From Mytilus edulis (Eukaryota), in the NCBI RefSeq assembly GCF_963676685.1, contig NC_092357.1, forward strand, positions 47,802,001-47,866,000: DNA of 64,000 bases. The letters run 5' to 3'. How positions within the stretch are numbered: position 1 is the first letter of the stretch; the number at the start of each line of letters is the position of its first letter. Below, one piece after another: positions 50,166-64,000 of the stretch. The notes under the pieces are model-generated. The model was not told the origin of the DNA and searched no databases. It worked only from the letters and a program-made list of their open reading frames with translations. The translations under genes and the position numbers were made by a program.

Positions 50166-52954
50166 AAAAGTAAGTTCCTGAGGATTTTACCAGCCCATTG
50201 CCAGTTACTCGGTATGCATATCTACTGAAAATATACACTTCATAAGTGTTTCTCGTTCTTTTTATAAAGATTAGACCGTTGGTTTTCACGTTTCAATGGT
50301 TTTACACTAGTAATTGTTTTGGCCCTTCATAGCTTGCTGTTGTGTGTGAACCAATGCTCCATGTTGTACTTTAACCTATAATGGTTGATTTTACATTTTG
50401 TGACTTTTGTGGAGAGTTATCGCATTAGGGCCCATACCACATCTTCTTATATCTACTAACCTACATCATATGGTAGATGTGAATGGATTTTTATCATAGG
50501 ATTTCTATTGTTTTTTATTCCCATATATTGCTTAGTCTAAAAGAGAATTTCATATGTGTTAACTACTTTCATTTGAAGGTAACTACTATACATTCATTTA
50601 GTCAGGGTATGGTAATGCTGTGTGATTGAATACAAAATAAAAAGAACAAAAATTGTAAGGTTTCCGCGGAACACAGTATCTCGCCTACTTTTGCTGTTAA
50701 TCGAAGACTCAACAAACTATTTTTTTGGTTGAAAGAAGCTTCTGTCCATGTTAGGTAACAATCCAGGATAGTGTATGAATCTAATAAATATTTTAAAAAC
50801 TTTAACAGCAGACTGTATGTAATGTTAACTGGAAGAAAAACTAAGTCCACATATAATTCAAATACAGATAAACAGGTACAAATTTTGAACACAATTTCCT
50901 GCTTAATACTAGCTTTGGATCATAAACAAGCTTCTGTCCAAGTTTGGTACAAATTCAGAATAGTTAAAGAAAGTTATTAAAATTTGAAAATCTTTGAACA
51001 CAGAGTGAATTACAAAATGTTCCCGGCAGAAAAAAGTCCAGTAATAAATAAAATACGGAAAGATGGAATTTAATTTTTACGAAATTTACTTCTGAATATT
51101 ATCTTATGATCATTAACATGCTTCTGTCCAAGTTTTGTAGAAATCAAGGATGGTTTAAGAAAGTTATTCAAATAAAAAAAAATTTAACCACAGAGTAAAT
51201 ATTTGTGGACTCCGCCGACTACGACAACGACAACAAAAATATTTGACCAATTTTGGTGATTTACTTCCTGTCTCGAAACTTTAAACAGAAACAAATTCAT
51301 CAGTAATTTAGTATATACAAAACTTAATCTAACTGACCCCATTTAAATTAGGAGTTAATTTATCGCTTTCAAAAAACTGTTGCGAATAATTTTAAGGTTT
51401 TACCTACTGAGTTAATTTATCAAAACCATGTTTAATCCACCGTTTTCTACGTTAGAAAATCTTTGTACCAAGTCAGGAATATGATAGTTGTTTTTCATTC
51501 GTTCGATGTGTTTGAGCTTTTGATTTTGCCATTTTATAAAGGACTGCCCGTTTTAAATTTCCATTGCAATTCGGTATTTTTGTTATTCTACTTTTTACAG
51601 ATGAAAAGAAGGTTAACAGCAAATACGAATATCAATTCAAGACCTCAAAATGTTAATAGCACTTAAATCGTTAATCAACAGGTTGATGAGATTGTTGCAA
51701 TGGAATGTAGCACTATTTGACTATGTTACTAAAATCATTTGTTGACTTTTTTGGAGTTCTAGTTCATTAACATTGTGTTTACCAAATGTAACGTTATTAC
51801 CTATTGTCTTTAAATCTGTAATAAACACTATAATAGGTACAGATTAACTCCAAAACACAAAGGATACTCGTTTATTATCAAGGCGAAAATAAGTGATTTA
51901 ATCCTGCTACTAAACAACGCCATTCATAAAGCTTGAATGCACTTGAAAAGCTGTATATTTGGAAACGAAAAACGTCCCTCCACGATTCGCAACCTTTGAC
52001 CACGTAAAAGGGGACATACATATTTATATATCATTGGTTTGAATACAGTAATTCTGGTTGTAAGAACACCTTTAGTTACCATTCCGTACGCTGTGTTTCT
52101 TGTCATGTAAAGACCTTGTCGCTATACGGGTATTTTATATAATCGTTAACGGCAGTTCGATTATGGATGTAAAACCAGTACATGTGTAACAAATCCAATG
52201 CCCTCATGAAGAAGGACCCGTATTACTTATATTGATAATTTGTCCCCTTTAGAACGTACGGGAACGTATCAAGAGTTATTCCAATTAGTAAAGCTTACTT
52301 CAAAGTCTATAAGTTTTTCGTGTTTTTGCCATGACATTGACTATCTCTTACCCCTCTCTTTTAAAGTTCATTTTCAAAAAGCCTTCTTTATTCGTCTCAG
52401 AATATATTGCTACACAGTACACGATGCACATTTCTCTTGCTTTTTTATAGGATAGTATGGAATAGGTATATGTTATATTCCTCGTCAAAATTACAAGGGC
52501 GATAATTTGATTAATTTAACAATTTTTGGAGATTCAGCAAGCAACATTCAGTCAATAGAAAAAAAAACACATGTCCAACGTTTATGTTTTCTGAATCTAT
52601 ATTTTGTTACATGTACTCATCTCTATGAAAAATTGTTCAAGATTGTAAATATAAAATCATAAGGATAGTTGTATGATTACCAATTAGACAACTATCTACC
52701 AAAGTTTATATGTTTCATACTTCAAAATGTTTTCATCCCTATGAATGTACATGTATGTAGCAGTTTAAAGTCAACAATTAACAGTGCAAAATATACTTCT
52801 TCTCGATTGAAAAAAAAAAGAAAAAAGGAAAATGGTCTATGATTGCCTAAGAGACAACGTCTATAGGAGACCAAATGACACATTAATCAAATTTCTGACT
52901 CCTCACTGTTAAATTATTTAATACAACTGAAACTATATGTTTTTCAGAGTAATT

Positions 52955-54619
52955 ATGGCTTCTAGTAAAATGTGTGGACCATGTTCTAGGGTTGACAAAT
53001 TAGCGTCAGCTGTAACATTTTGCACTGATTGTGAAGATCCTTTGTGCGCAGATTGCGTCACAATGCATAAAGCAATCAAGGCACTCGCTTTACACCATTT
53101 GATCGATAAAGAAGTTCAAACAGACAAAGCTTTCAACATCAGAAGAACCTGCAGTGACCATCCCGATATGGCTTTAGAGTTTTACTGCTCAACTCATGAC
53201 ACATTATGCTGTCGTACATGCTCCGTGAATACCCATCGCACATGTGGCAAAATACTACCAGTCGATGTTGCTGCACGCGGAATAAAGTCATCAGTAATGC
53301 TGAACGATGTAACTGTAGATTTAAAGGGTTTATTGAAAAATGTCGAGCAATTAGTAGAGGAGAGAGCAAAAAACAAAGAAAACATCGAAAAATCTAAAGC
53401 TACTACACTACAAACGATAGTTAAATTCAAACGTCAATTAATTCAAGAGTTAGATGAATTAGAAAAGAAATTATTGACAGAAATCGACGAAACTGAGAAA
53501 AATCTAACCAAACAGGCCGAATCTGAGCTTTCACTCATTGAAATCCGATGTAAGGCCATTGTAGATTTATCAGAACAATTAGAATTTCTTACAAAACATG
53601 GATCAGAAATCCAAATATTGATGCTGTTGAATACTATCAGAGTGGATATTTCAAAGCAAGAGAACGACTTTCACAATTTGGTCCCGTCTTACGAATGTAT
53701 TGATGTAAGCTTCAAGGCATCAGGATTAAAATCTGCCCTTAATTCTCTTGGATCGGTAGAAATAAAATCTGTTCCATGTTCAATTGAACACAAACCATCT
53801 AAACGCACACAAGCGCAGGTACCACCAGCATATGAGAAAATGCTAACAAAATTCAAACTCAAAACAGAATTCAGAGTACCTTATTCTCAAGGTAAAATAT
53901 CTAGCATGGTTGTAACAAAAGATAATAGGCTGCTGTTTTGTTATACGGGAGACAAGAGTAACGCATTGTCGATATGGTCAGAGACGGGATATCACATTCA
54001 GGATTGTGCCCTTGCTGGTACCGCGTGGGGTATAGCTATGATACCAGGAACAAATGAAGCAGTTGTTACATTACCATCTCTACACTCGATTCAGTTTGTT
54101 AACATAGCAAGTATGGTACCAGGTAAAATAATTGAAGTTCCTGACAAATGCTATGGAGTAGCAGTTATTAAGGACATGATAGTATTGGGCGGGAAGGGAA
54201 AAATGTATTTCTTCAGCATGACTGGAAGTCTTCAGAAAACATTCAATGTCGGTAGAAGAGTCTTGCATTCACTGAAAACAAGTAAAATGGATATGACTTA
54301 TTGCTGTGAGGCAGATAATGATACACTCCATTGTATTGATTTCAATGGAACTGTTATCTTCTCGTATCAATCTCCTCCTGATTTCGATGGACCAGTAGAC
54401 ATAACATTTGACGGTAAAGATAATTTGTACGTTACAACCTGGAGATCAAACAAAGTACATCGTATTTCACTAGATGGAAATCTTATTGATATCCTACTGA
54501 AGAAGGAAATTGGATTGGATGAACCTTATGGAATTGCATTCAACAAGAACTATACAAAACTGTTCATAGCAAACGGAAAGTGTGAAAATAAACAAGTATT
54601 GATATATGATTGTGCTTAG
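52955..54619 (+). CDS. TRIM-like protein copy 3, 554 aa
   Basis: Collinear paralog; start at MASSK; same TTTTCAG acceptor 7 nt upstream. Confidence 0.9.
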   Translation: MASSKMCGPCSRVDKLASAVTFCTDCEDPLCADCVTMHKAIKALALHHLIDKEVQTDKAFNIRRTCSDHPDMALEFYCSTHDTLCCRTCSVNTHRTCGKILPVDVAARGIKSSVMLNDVTVDLKGLLKNVEQLVEERAKNKENIEKSKATTLQTIVKFKRQLIQELDELEKKLLTEIDETEKNLTKQAESELSLIEIRCKAIVDLSEQLEFLTKHGSEIQILMLLNTIRVDISKQENDFHNLVPSYECIDVSFKASGLKSALNSLGSVEIKSVPCSIEHKPSKRTQAQVPPAYEKMLTKFKLKTEFRVPYSQGKISSMVVTKDNRLLFCYTGDKSNALSIWSETGYHIQDCALAGTAWGIAMIPGTNEAVVTLPSLHSIQFVNIASMVPGKIIEVPDKCYGVAVIKDMIVLGGKGKMYFFSMTGSLQKTFNVGRRVLHSLKTSKMDMTYCCEADNDTLHCIDFNGTVIFSYQSPPDFDGPVDITFDGKDNLYVTTWRSNKVHRISLDGNLIDILLKKEIGLDEPYGIAFNKNYTKLFIANGKCENKQVLIYDCA

Positions 54620-55561
54620 AAACAGCATATAACTCAAAAAAGATACATAACTAGTTTCTCAACATAAATTCTAAACATTTCTGCATGAAATTCAAACCCT
54701 GTTCTGTCTCTGAAAGACAATATTGAATTGTTTGTGAATGTTCTGTACCACTGTTTGAAAAATTAATGTTGATTCAAAGAAATATACAGGAACACCATAT
54801 TTTACAAAGACTTTATTTTATTTTTTGATTTTACCACAAAACCAGTGATTAATGTATCGATGCAAAGAAATGACACATAATGAATTGAATATTAATTTAT
54901 TTTAAATAGGCCACGTTATTTTATAGTAATGAGCTTTCTATAAGGTCTAAGAATGTACTGTTTTCAAATGGTGTATCTTGTGAAAAGTTTATATTGACAG
55001 TTTGGATCAAAGTTAAACACATTATCTTTCAATTTTGTCAAAAGACCCACCATTTTAGCAATTTGAATAGCAAATAGCAAGCACATAATTTCCTATTTAA
55101 AACAAATCACAATTGTTATCATAAGATATAATTAGACACAATTTTTATATACACTAAGACATGTTTAATGTTTCTTGTTTATGACCTTTCTGCTGATTCC
55201 ATTGAAGAAATATTAAAACTGCAAACCTTTCGTGTTGCATTAACGTTTCTTTAAAAAGTGTTTTCTCTTCAGATTATCAATAATATAAATATAAGAAAAT
55301 GTGGTATGAGTTTTATTGAGACAACTCTCCATCCAAGTCACAATTTGTAAAAGAAAACTATTATAGGTCAAATTACGGTTTTCAACACGGAGACTTGGTT
55401 CACACTTTACAGCAAGCTATAAAGGGCCCAAAATGACAAGTGTTAAACCATTCAAACGGGAAAACCAACAGTTTAATATATATAAAAAACGAGACACGAG
55501 AACCTCTGCAGATACAATATACAAGGATTACATAGTCCATAATTGCTGTACAGATTTTAAA

Positions 55562-55949
55562 TAGTTATCAAAGGTACCAGGATTATAATTTAGTACGCCA
55601 GACGCGCGTTTCGTCTACATAAGACTCATCAGTGACGCTCAAATTAAAATATTTATAAAGCCAAACAAGTATAAAGTTGAAGATCATTGAGATCCAAAAT
55701 TCCAAAACGTTGTGTCAAATACGGCTAAGGTAATCTATACCTGGGATAAGAAAATCCTTAGTTTTTTTCGAAAATTCGAAGTTTTGTAAACAGGAAATTT
55801 ATAAAAATGACCACATTATTGATATTCATGTCAACACAGAAGTGTTGACTACTGGGTTGGTGATACCCTCGGGGTTGAAACGTCCACCAGCAGTGGCATC
55901 GACCCAGTGGTGTAAGTAGTTATCAAAGGTACCAGGATTATAATTTAGT
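55562..55949 (-). mobile_element. Retrozyme-like unit (~355-bp period)
   Basis: Reverse-strand copy of the 49.7-50.1 kb unit, terminal direct repeat at 55562 and 55917. Confidence 0.85.
55595..55640 (-). ncRNA. Minimal type I hammerhead ribozyme, intact core
   Basis: GCGUCA CUGAUGA GUCU-UAUGU-AGAC GAA ACGCGCGU C/UGGCGU: helix I, helix II, palindromic helix III, GUC cleavage triplet. Confidence 0.85.
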
Positions 55950-58781
55950 TTAAACATTAAACTAAACGGAAAGTATCAGTAGATATATATATATATATAT
56001 TATTTGTTTTTTATGTTAGTTGTTTTTCCTTTTAGATGTAGTATTATTCTTTCATGTTTTTTTTTAATTCATTTTCTTAAGATATACTTTAGAGACTTCT
56101 AGAGATTTATTGTCTCATGTGTTGTCTATTATCACGCAAATAAGCATTGTCATGATGTGAACACCAGTGTTGTTGATGTGTTGCTGTCCCATTCATTAGA
56201 GATAAACGAAAATATAGCGCATATGTTTTTAAAACAGAATTTAAATGATATACGAGTATATTCTAAAAAGTGTCGAATGAATGACAGACGACGAGAAATT
56301 TCATAAAGCATATCAACCATGTTTTGTTATATCTTATTTATATAGAGCATTTATGTATCTTTGTATTCAATATAATTGTAATAACTCTATGCGTTTTGTG
56401 AAGTTAACCTGGCAACCAACTATTTTTTTTATTTTCTTTCGGCAGATAAAGCATTTTTCTTTTATCTATGATTGTTATTTATACTTTCATAGTAATATGG
56501 GAAAAAAACTTGGATGAATGTTCCCCCTTACAAACAAACAAACAAGCCTCACTGTAATTTGTACATATTATGATATAGTAACTAGGATATATAAAAATGT
56601 AGCTTTCGTTAGACGAACACAAAAATCATGTTTCTTATAAATGTTGTATGACTGGCGATTTAATTGGATAGTCAGATGATATAGTTGCTCGACTGTTGCA
56701 CAACCTTAGATAAGGCAGATGAGAAAAGGCATTTCTCTACTCACGCAAATTTTCAGATCTAAAATTAAAGACCTTAAATGAGACGAACTAAATATATAAA
56801 TATTATAATATGTCATGAACAAAATGATAGCCGTGTATTTGATTAGAAGATATGATATCTTGAAGTGATTTATATAGTTTATTTCATTATTTACTACATC
56901 ACGTGACTCAAACATATGACTTGTATCTGAACTGTTAGATTTATCTATTATACCTTGGACAGCTTTGAAGAATCAAAGTATAGTTATTGCATCAACACTG
57001 GTAATATTTATATATGTTTGCACTTAAAAAGCATTTTTAACAATTAGTTTGAAAAATTCTTGCAATATTCATTTTTGACTTAATTATTGTTCAGACAACA
57101 CCCGATACAATCTATATAAAATTTATCACCCAAAGACAGAGGATAGGGTCAGTGCTGAAAAAACGGAGATCTGGTAGGGATGATAATGGATTTGATAACG
57201 ATTTTTAAGTGTATATCGATTTGATATATTTTGAATAATAAATATTGGGCGTTATGTTCTCTTGATCTGTAAAACACTTATTAAAGTACATACCTAGCCG
57301 TTCAACGTATTGTCCTAACTAAGAAAAAACACTGAGCATGAATAACATGTTCTATTGCATACACGTCAATAAGATATTTTACCAAACGACATGATAAAAT
57401 TATAAGACGCCTGGGGGTCAACTTGCCGTCTTTAAAAATATGCATGTGTCTTACCAATTTGTCATAGCTTGAAACGGAACGAAGTGGAGATACATTTGAA
57501 AGTACAGTTGGCAAACAAACAACATCGTACGGTCTGATAATGTCAAATACATTCATAAGAATGTCAGGATCAAAGGTTTTTTGTTTTTTTTTAAACCAAA
57601 ACTACGTTAAGACTGATAGCAGTTGTGGTCCTTTAATAAGAAAAATGACAAATTTTAGTTTTCACTTTCTATCTCGAAAAGTTTAAAATACTAGCAGAAA
57701 CGTTTATCAGAAAAATCATCAGCAATGCAGGATGTATTAATTCTTACTTTTTTCTTAATCTAACGACAAGAGTTAGGAGTCATTGGCTTACAAAAGCATG
57801 TTCGCCCAACTTAATGTATTTATGGGTTTCTATGTATATTGGTATTTGTTTTCGTAGCAGTTCAGTTTTTTGTTGTTCCGTTGTTTTCTTCTTCACTTTG
57901 ATGGGGTTCACTCGGTTTTGGTTTGAGACCCGGATTAGTTTTCGCTCAATCGATTTATGACTTTTGAACAGCGGTTAATTCTTGTTGCTTTTATTTACCG
58001 TCTAAGTTGTTACTTATAAAGATACAAAAAGAAAAATAAGTAGAAAACACGATCATCAATACAAGACAAACAATATGAATATGACTTACATAAAAGTATA
58101 TTGTAGGATTGCCAATGAGAAAAAAAATCAACCAACGTTCAAATGAAGTGAAATAAATGCACTTTATTCAATAAATATTGGAATTGGGATGCTTCATAAA
58201 GTCAAAATAAAACTTATATTTACGTCCAAGAATGCCTACCTGTTGGGATGCTTCATAAATGTTCAACATGTTCTATTGTTATAACATCTATGTTCTTATT
58301 TCTTATTTAAATAAAGGCAACAGTAGCATATCGCTGTTCGAAAGTCATAAATCGATTGAGAAAAAACAAATCCGGTTTACAAACTAAAACTGAGGAAAAC
58401 ACCTCAAATATAACAGGAAAACAACGAAACAACAGAAATACTAAAATGCAACAAAAACCCAAACGACAATGCAACACCAACAGGAAAGAACTAAAATATA
58501 ACCATTGCCATTTTCGGACTTGGTTCAGGTCATTTTTAGAAAAAAAATAACTGTGTAATGACAAAGTTTCATCTTATCCCGCAAACATTCTTTTTCCACC
58601 AGCATTCCAATTTCTCGCTCATCATTTGGGTATTTATTCAAGCAATAGTCAACAATAATTTATTAAAAAATATTTTTTTCACTAAATAGAATGATAGTTA
58701 GAGAAAACAAGGACTTATTTGTAATATGCTCATCCATCTTATCTTTTCAGCAAGTCGTACTCTGAAAATAAACTCATCATA

Positions 58782-58983
58782 GAGCGGGGGTCGGAGGGGT
58801 ACTGATTCCGAAATCCTTAGCTTAAAAAAATGAAATCCCGAGGTCGCGAATTTAAAAAATAATAAATCCCGACATCCCGAAATTCCAAAAAAGGGAAATC
58901 CCGGATCCCGAAAGTGTAAATCCCGAAATCCCGAGCTTAAAAACACCCGATCCCGACGTCCCGAAAAAGGTCCTGCCCCCCTG
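58782..58983. mobile_element. MITE of the same family in opposite orientation
   Basis: TCCCGA subrepeats, G/C-rich ends, 6-bp TSD ATCATA. Confidence 0.75.
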
Positions 58984-59014
58984 ATCATAGATACCAGGAT
59001 TAAATTTTGTATTT

Positions 59015-59060
59015 ACGCCAGACGCTCGTTTCGTCTACAAAAGACTCATCAGTGACGCTC
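59015..59060 (-). ncRNA. Minimal type I hammerhead ribozyme, second subfamily
   Basis: GCGUCA CUGAUGA GUCU-UUUGU-AGAC GAA ACGAGCGU C/UGGCGU. Confidence 0.8.
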
Positions 59061-59699
59061 GAATCCAAAAAGTTAAATAAAAAGGCCAACTAAAGTACGA
59101 AGTTGAAAAGCATTGAGGACCTAAATTCAATATATTTATTTAGTAGCTGTACTACTTTTCCATAATGTAATAACCTAATTTTCTTTTCTATTCTTACTAT
59201 AGATGTGCAATTAGAGCTATGAAAATTATTGTCACAACACACGTCCATTTTTCCTGCTTTCTATAGTTAAGAATACAGTTTAAACAACGTAATATTATAT
59301 GTCATTGCCTTTGCAGCAAATTACAAATACATATAAAAAGATGTGGAATGAGCGCCAATGGACCAACTTTCCATCTAATTCACAGTTTGTAAAAGTAAAC
59401 CATTATAGGTCAAACAACGGTATTCAACACGGAGCCTTGGTAAAACCAACCAGCAAACTATAAAGGGCTCCATAAATGACTACAGAAAAAACATTCAAAG
59501 GTGAAAACCAACGGTCTAATCTATATAAAAAACAAGAAACGAGAAACATTTAAAAACCAAATCAGAAAACGACAACCAATTGGTACTCTTAAAATGAATC
59601 GATACTTTTAGAATGAAATAACTTTGATATATAAAATTGTTGCGGTGTAAAACGAAGTATTGCACACTACTTGCGTTTTTTACAAAAGAGCTCAGAAGT

Positions 59700-60520
59700 A
59701 GAAAGTTCACAGACAACGCCAAGGAAAAGAAAACACAAGACAAACACCAGTACACAAAACACAACATACAAAACTAAATACTTAGTAACATGAACTCATC
59801 CAAAAACCTGGTGGTGATCTAAGGAGCTCCAGAATGGTAAGCAAATCCTGCATATCTTGTGGCACCCGTCGTCTTCCTCATGTAAGTTCAAGGTCGGCGA
59901 TCAGTCTAATTAGGTAGGTTCACATTCGGGGGAAAAAAGAACGGGATTGTAGACCGAACATATCCGCCATCATCTGTGAACGGTAACGCAACTCGTGATG
60001 GCGTCCATAAAATTTACAATGGCTTGATTTCAGTATTACCACTTGGAACACTTGGTTTAAAGGCTATTTGTGAGCAGTAACTCTCTATGAAGAAAATTAC
60101 GATAGGAAATGCAAGACCTGGAATAGTGTATCAGCTGGGAGATATATTTAACATGTGTAGATGCGGTTGGGATGTTGCTACATATAAATGGAAGTCACAG
60201 CTGGGAAGTTGAAATCATACCTTTTGTCATCAAGTTTTGTTTTTTACCTACTCTCATTGTCATGTTCTAGATGTAAGTCAAAATATGAGGTGGACTTTAT
60301 TGTATCTGTTACCTCTTTATCTCGAGCTCGATGGGATAAATGACGTCAACATAGCCACCACATTTTGAATTATTTAGTGAGAGAACATCATGTTTATAGC
60401 GGAAAGAGAAGTTAAAGGAAACTGCTAACTTCATTTCTTTATCCCAAATTCAGTCTCGTATGAATAGGGAAAGATCGTCCAGGAGAGGAACACAGTTGTT
60501 CCAATGGGAATGCTGATTAT
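59700..60520 (-). mobile_element. Decayed Penelope-like RT fragment with 3' tail
   Basis: Collinear with 31117-31945 at DNA level, many substitutions and indels. Confidence 0.7.
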
Positions 60521-61635
60521 TTGTTAAAAACATAACAAGTATGCAAACATGTTGTTTATAAAGAAATCAATCGTTTAGATAATGTTAGTTTATGTGATTT
60601 TTTGTTTGAAAAACATACGATTTATCCCTCTCTTATACATAAAAAACTTATATCTACATTGGGGATTCTTTTTTATGAAACAAAGCAGGACAAATTCCTA
60701 CAATTTTTCTTTTAGTTTTGAATTGGAAATACTTGTGTGGATAATGTATATGTCAAATGCAATAGTTCTGATCGATTTCTTCTATCTACTAGTATTAAAT
60801 TATACCAAACGTTGCAGTTGCGTTCAACTTCATATCTTCATTGACTCTGATTGTCAAATTTCCAGCCGAAGGTCTGGGGTTCTCTCCGGCTTCCTCCGTC
60901 AATAAAAAGAGTACCACCACTTTATAGCTAATAGTTTCTAAAATTGGCGTAAAACACCGACATTGAATCAACCAATATATATTTAGAAATATAGTTACCT
61001 GTATTCATCATTACAAGTGCAGTATACCATGATGAAGTATTCGACAAACTACAGGATATCAAATTATTCCAGATACATTTTCTGACAGCTTTACTACAGA
61101 ATTGAGGTTTTAACAAAGTAAGATGAAAATAGTTTGCTATGCAGATCAAAAAGTGAATAAAATAATCTCCAAAAAACATTCAGCTGAGCTTGTTTATTAT
61201 CATATTTTTTTATCTAATTTTCATTATGTTATATTTGTTATGAATTACCTTAATTTAATCTACATGTGTTATTTTGTTTTGCCAATCCATAATAAAAGCA
61301 TTTTGTTCTGAATACAAACAAGAGTTTTATTTTCCTTTTAAGAATAATTCATTGAAATTCAAAAACATATTTTGCAAATCTTCTGTTTATATACACTATA
61401 TAACAAGAAGGAGATGTGGTATGATTGCCTATGAGAAAAAAATCAAAGTCCAAGTCAAGTGAATGTAACTGTTTATTTGTAACTGTACGCCCTTCAGCAA
61501 TGAGAAAATCCTCATACATTAATACAGTCAACTACAAATTGTCCCAACATGTAATATATGAAACAATTTTTTTCACTATATTTGTCCTTTAGGACAATTC
61601 AAACATTTCTAAATGTCAAAGTTACCTTTCAATGT

Positions 61636-62070
61636 CCACTTGTATTTTTTTGTCTATCTGATGAGTTAAGCCTTTTTCAACTGATTTTTATAGTTCGTTC
61701 TTATGTTGAACTGTTATACCACTGTCCTAGGTTAGGGGGAGGGTTGGGATCCCGCTAACATGTTTAACCCCGCCACATTATTTATGTATGTGCCTGTCCC
61801 AAGTCAGGAGCCTGTAATTCAGTTATTGTCGTTTGTTTATGTGTTACATATTTGTTTTTCGTTCATTTTTTTACATAAATAAGGCCGTTAGTTTTCTCGT
61901 TTGAAATGTTTTACATTGTCTTATCGGGGCCTTTTATAGCTGACTATACGGTATGGGCTTTGCTCATTGTTGAAGGCCGTACGGTGACCTATAGTTGTTA
62001 ATGTTTGTGCCATTTTGGTCTTTTGTGGATAGTTGTCTCATTGGCAATCATACCACATCTTCTTTTTTAT
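61636..62070 (-). repeat. Dispersed repeat, inverted copy of 43397-43825
   Basis: Reverse-complement match over ~430 bp. Confidence 0.8.
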
Positions 62071-63404
62071 ATTTCAAGCATGCAATAAAAAAACATAAAA
62101 ATGGAATTTATAACAATTTGATATATTTAAACAAAATCATCAGATCTATTGATAAACATAGCAGTATAAACTAGTTCATCAACTTCCTATTGAAATTTAT
62201 AAAAATAGTTCCCACTCAAATATAGTTGCTTCCAATCCTCTTTTTTCCATTCATACCACTGCATTTACAAATCAAAATTTTGTACACAAAACAACCTCTT
62301 ATAAAATAAATAATTTGATAACAAACTTAATAGCACTGTTTCAAGATATAAAATTAACAATGGTATACACTCATCATACAGTTCTTACATAGATCTTCAT
62401 ACTTTGCTTTGTATCTATTATAACGAATTAAAAAAAAATCAAATCTGAATATCTCATATTCATTTTCATTTTGAATAACAATAAATTTTAGAAAATTACT
62501 CCTCGGAAATCTCTAAAAGAACAGCGTTCTTAACCAAATTCATTGGAAAAAAAACAACTCTAAAGTCTCCAACACAAAAAGTAAAATCACAAAAATACCG
62601 AACTCAGAGGAAGATTCAAAACAGAAACTCCTTATCAAATGGCAAAATCAAAAACACCTTCTTTCTTAAAGAAAAATAAATAATAAGTTATAATCATAGG
62701 GGATAGCCATTGCTGTCATGGTTAAAGTGGTAATATATAGATATGGGTTGGACAACTTTGTTGGAGCATTTTCATTTAATGTCAAAATGCCCATCTGGTG
62801 CAGAAAAAAATGGTATCAAAGATGTGGATTATGAACGGAAATATTAAGGAAAACTGTGCATATGAAAATGAAATATCGTTGAAACACATCATAATTTTAC
62901 AGTGTCTTTCTCGTATTACCTTAATCCAAAATTTCAATGTCGATCTACTATGCCAAAAGTAAAATTATGTTGCCAACCTAATGGCTATACACAAAAAAGG
63001 CTAAGAAAAAAACCAGCTTAATCAAAAATATTCATGTCACAAAATTGTTAAAATTAAATTTTTAGGCTTGTAGCCACCCCAATCCGCCTACCTTCACAAC
63101 CCTCGAAACCATAAGTATGCAACATTAAACAAATAATTATTTAAGGGTGGCCTAATCTTCATCTACATTTACATTTACATTGAAAATTTGCACCTGGGAG
63201 GACAGAGTCATGTGTTTCAGGAAAATGCAACGCCATGATATGTATCATGGAAGGAAAATCTTTTTTTCATTTATTTGCGCTGGAAAAAACCCCATTAAAA
63301 TAAAAAATTCAAAATATACATATAGTTACCTACCCATAATTAAACTTACAGTAATCATCTATAAAAAAAATATATATATAGATGACATTAAACCAGAAAT
63401 GAAA

Positions 63405-63632
63405 CACTACTGGTGCCATACATGGAGCAGGATCTGCTTAACCTTCCGGAGCACCTGAGATCATCCCCAGTTATTGGTTGGGGTTCGTGCTGCTTAGTCT
63501 TTAGTTTTGTACGTTGTGTCTTGTGTACTTTTATCTGTCTGTTTGGCCTTTAATTTTTAAGCCATGGCGTTGTCAGTTTATTTTCGATTTATGAGTTTGA
63601 ATGTCCCTTTGATATCTTTGACCCCTCTTTTA
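63405..63632 (+). repeat. Stand-alone 3' tail of the Penelope-like element
   Basis: GGAGCAGGATCTGCT..CCTTCCGGAGCACCTGAGATCA..GCCATGGCGTTGTCAGTT; also at 22075-22290 on the minus strand. Confidence 0.75.
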
Positions 63633-64000
63633 CAACCACAAGGACAATGTAACTGTTGTTGGATATTTCGTGTATCATCAGCCCTGTAGTCTGCACTTCT
63701 GTGTGTTTCCGTTAGACTAAGTTTTTATTAATAATTGTTTGTGTTTAAATAGTCCGATAAAAGAAAACAATCTGTGCAGGGATTATGTTCGCTGATATAT
63801 TTTGATCAAACCAACAGACTGAGTGCAAAAACACTTATCTCTTTGTTAATAATTGTAATTCAATTCTATCGATGTGAAGGTTGCGCTTATTGTTAAACTA
63901 TATTTCTCATGTACATTAACATGATTAATTCAGACATAGGTAACCTAAAAAATATTTGTCACAACTATTTGGGATACTGTTTTGTACTCCTCAACTGTTT

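Overview
AT-rich eukaryotic DNA, most likely a mussel (Mytilus-like bivalve; inferred from the repeat and retrozyme content, not verified). Main contents: (1) a complete 7-exon Sp1-4 family zinc-finger transcription factor gene on the minus strand (18079->8586, ~806 aa, with Sp box, Q-rich region, Btd box and 3 C2H2 fingers). Its intron 5 holds an exact 41 x 81-bp tandem array whose unit is the last 21 nt of the exon plus the splice donor and 60 nt of intron. (2) A tandem cluster of RING-less TRIM-like genes (B-box1/B-box2/coiled-coil/NHL-type propeller) on the plus strand: three intact single-coding-exon copies and two pseudogene fragments. (3) A dense transposon landscape: a 3.6-kb non-autonomous element with RSS-heptamer-like termini (CACTGTG), 52-bp TIRs and a 5-bp TSD (Transib/RAG-like signature), ~350-bp hammerhead retrozyme units, Penelope-like RT fragments, Helentron/HINE-like elements, several MITEs and foldback hairpins. 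No rRNA, tRNA or CRISPR is supported.
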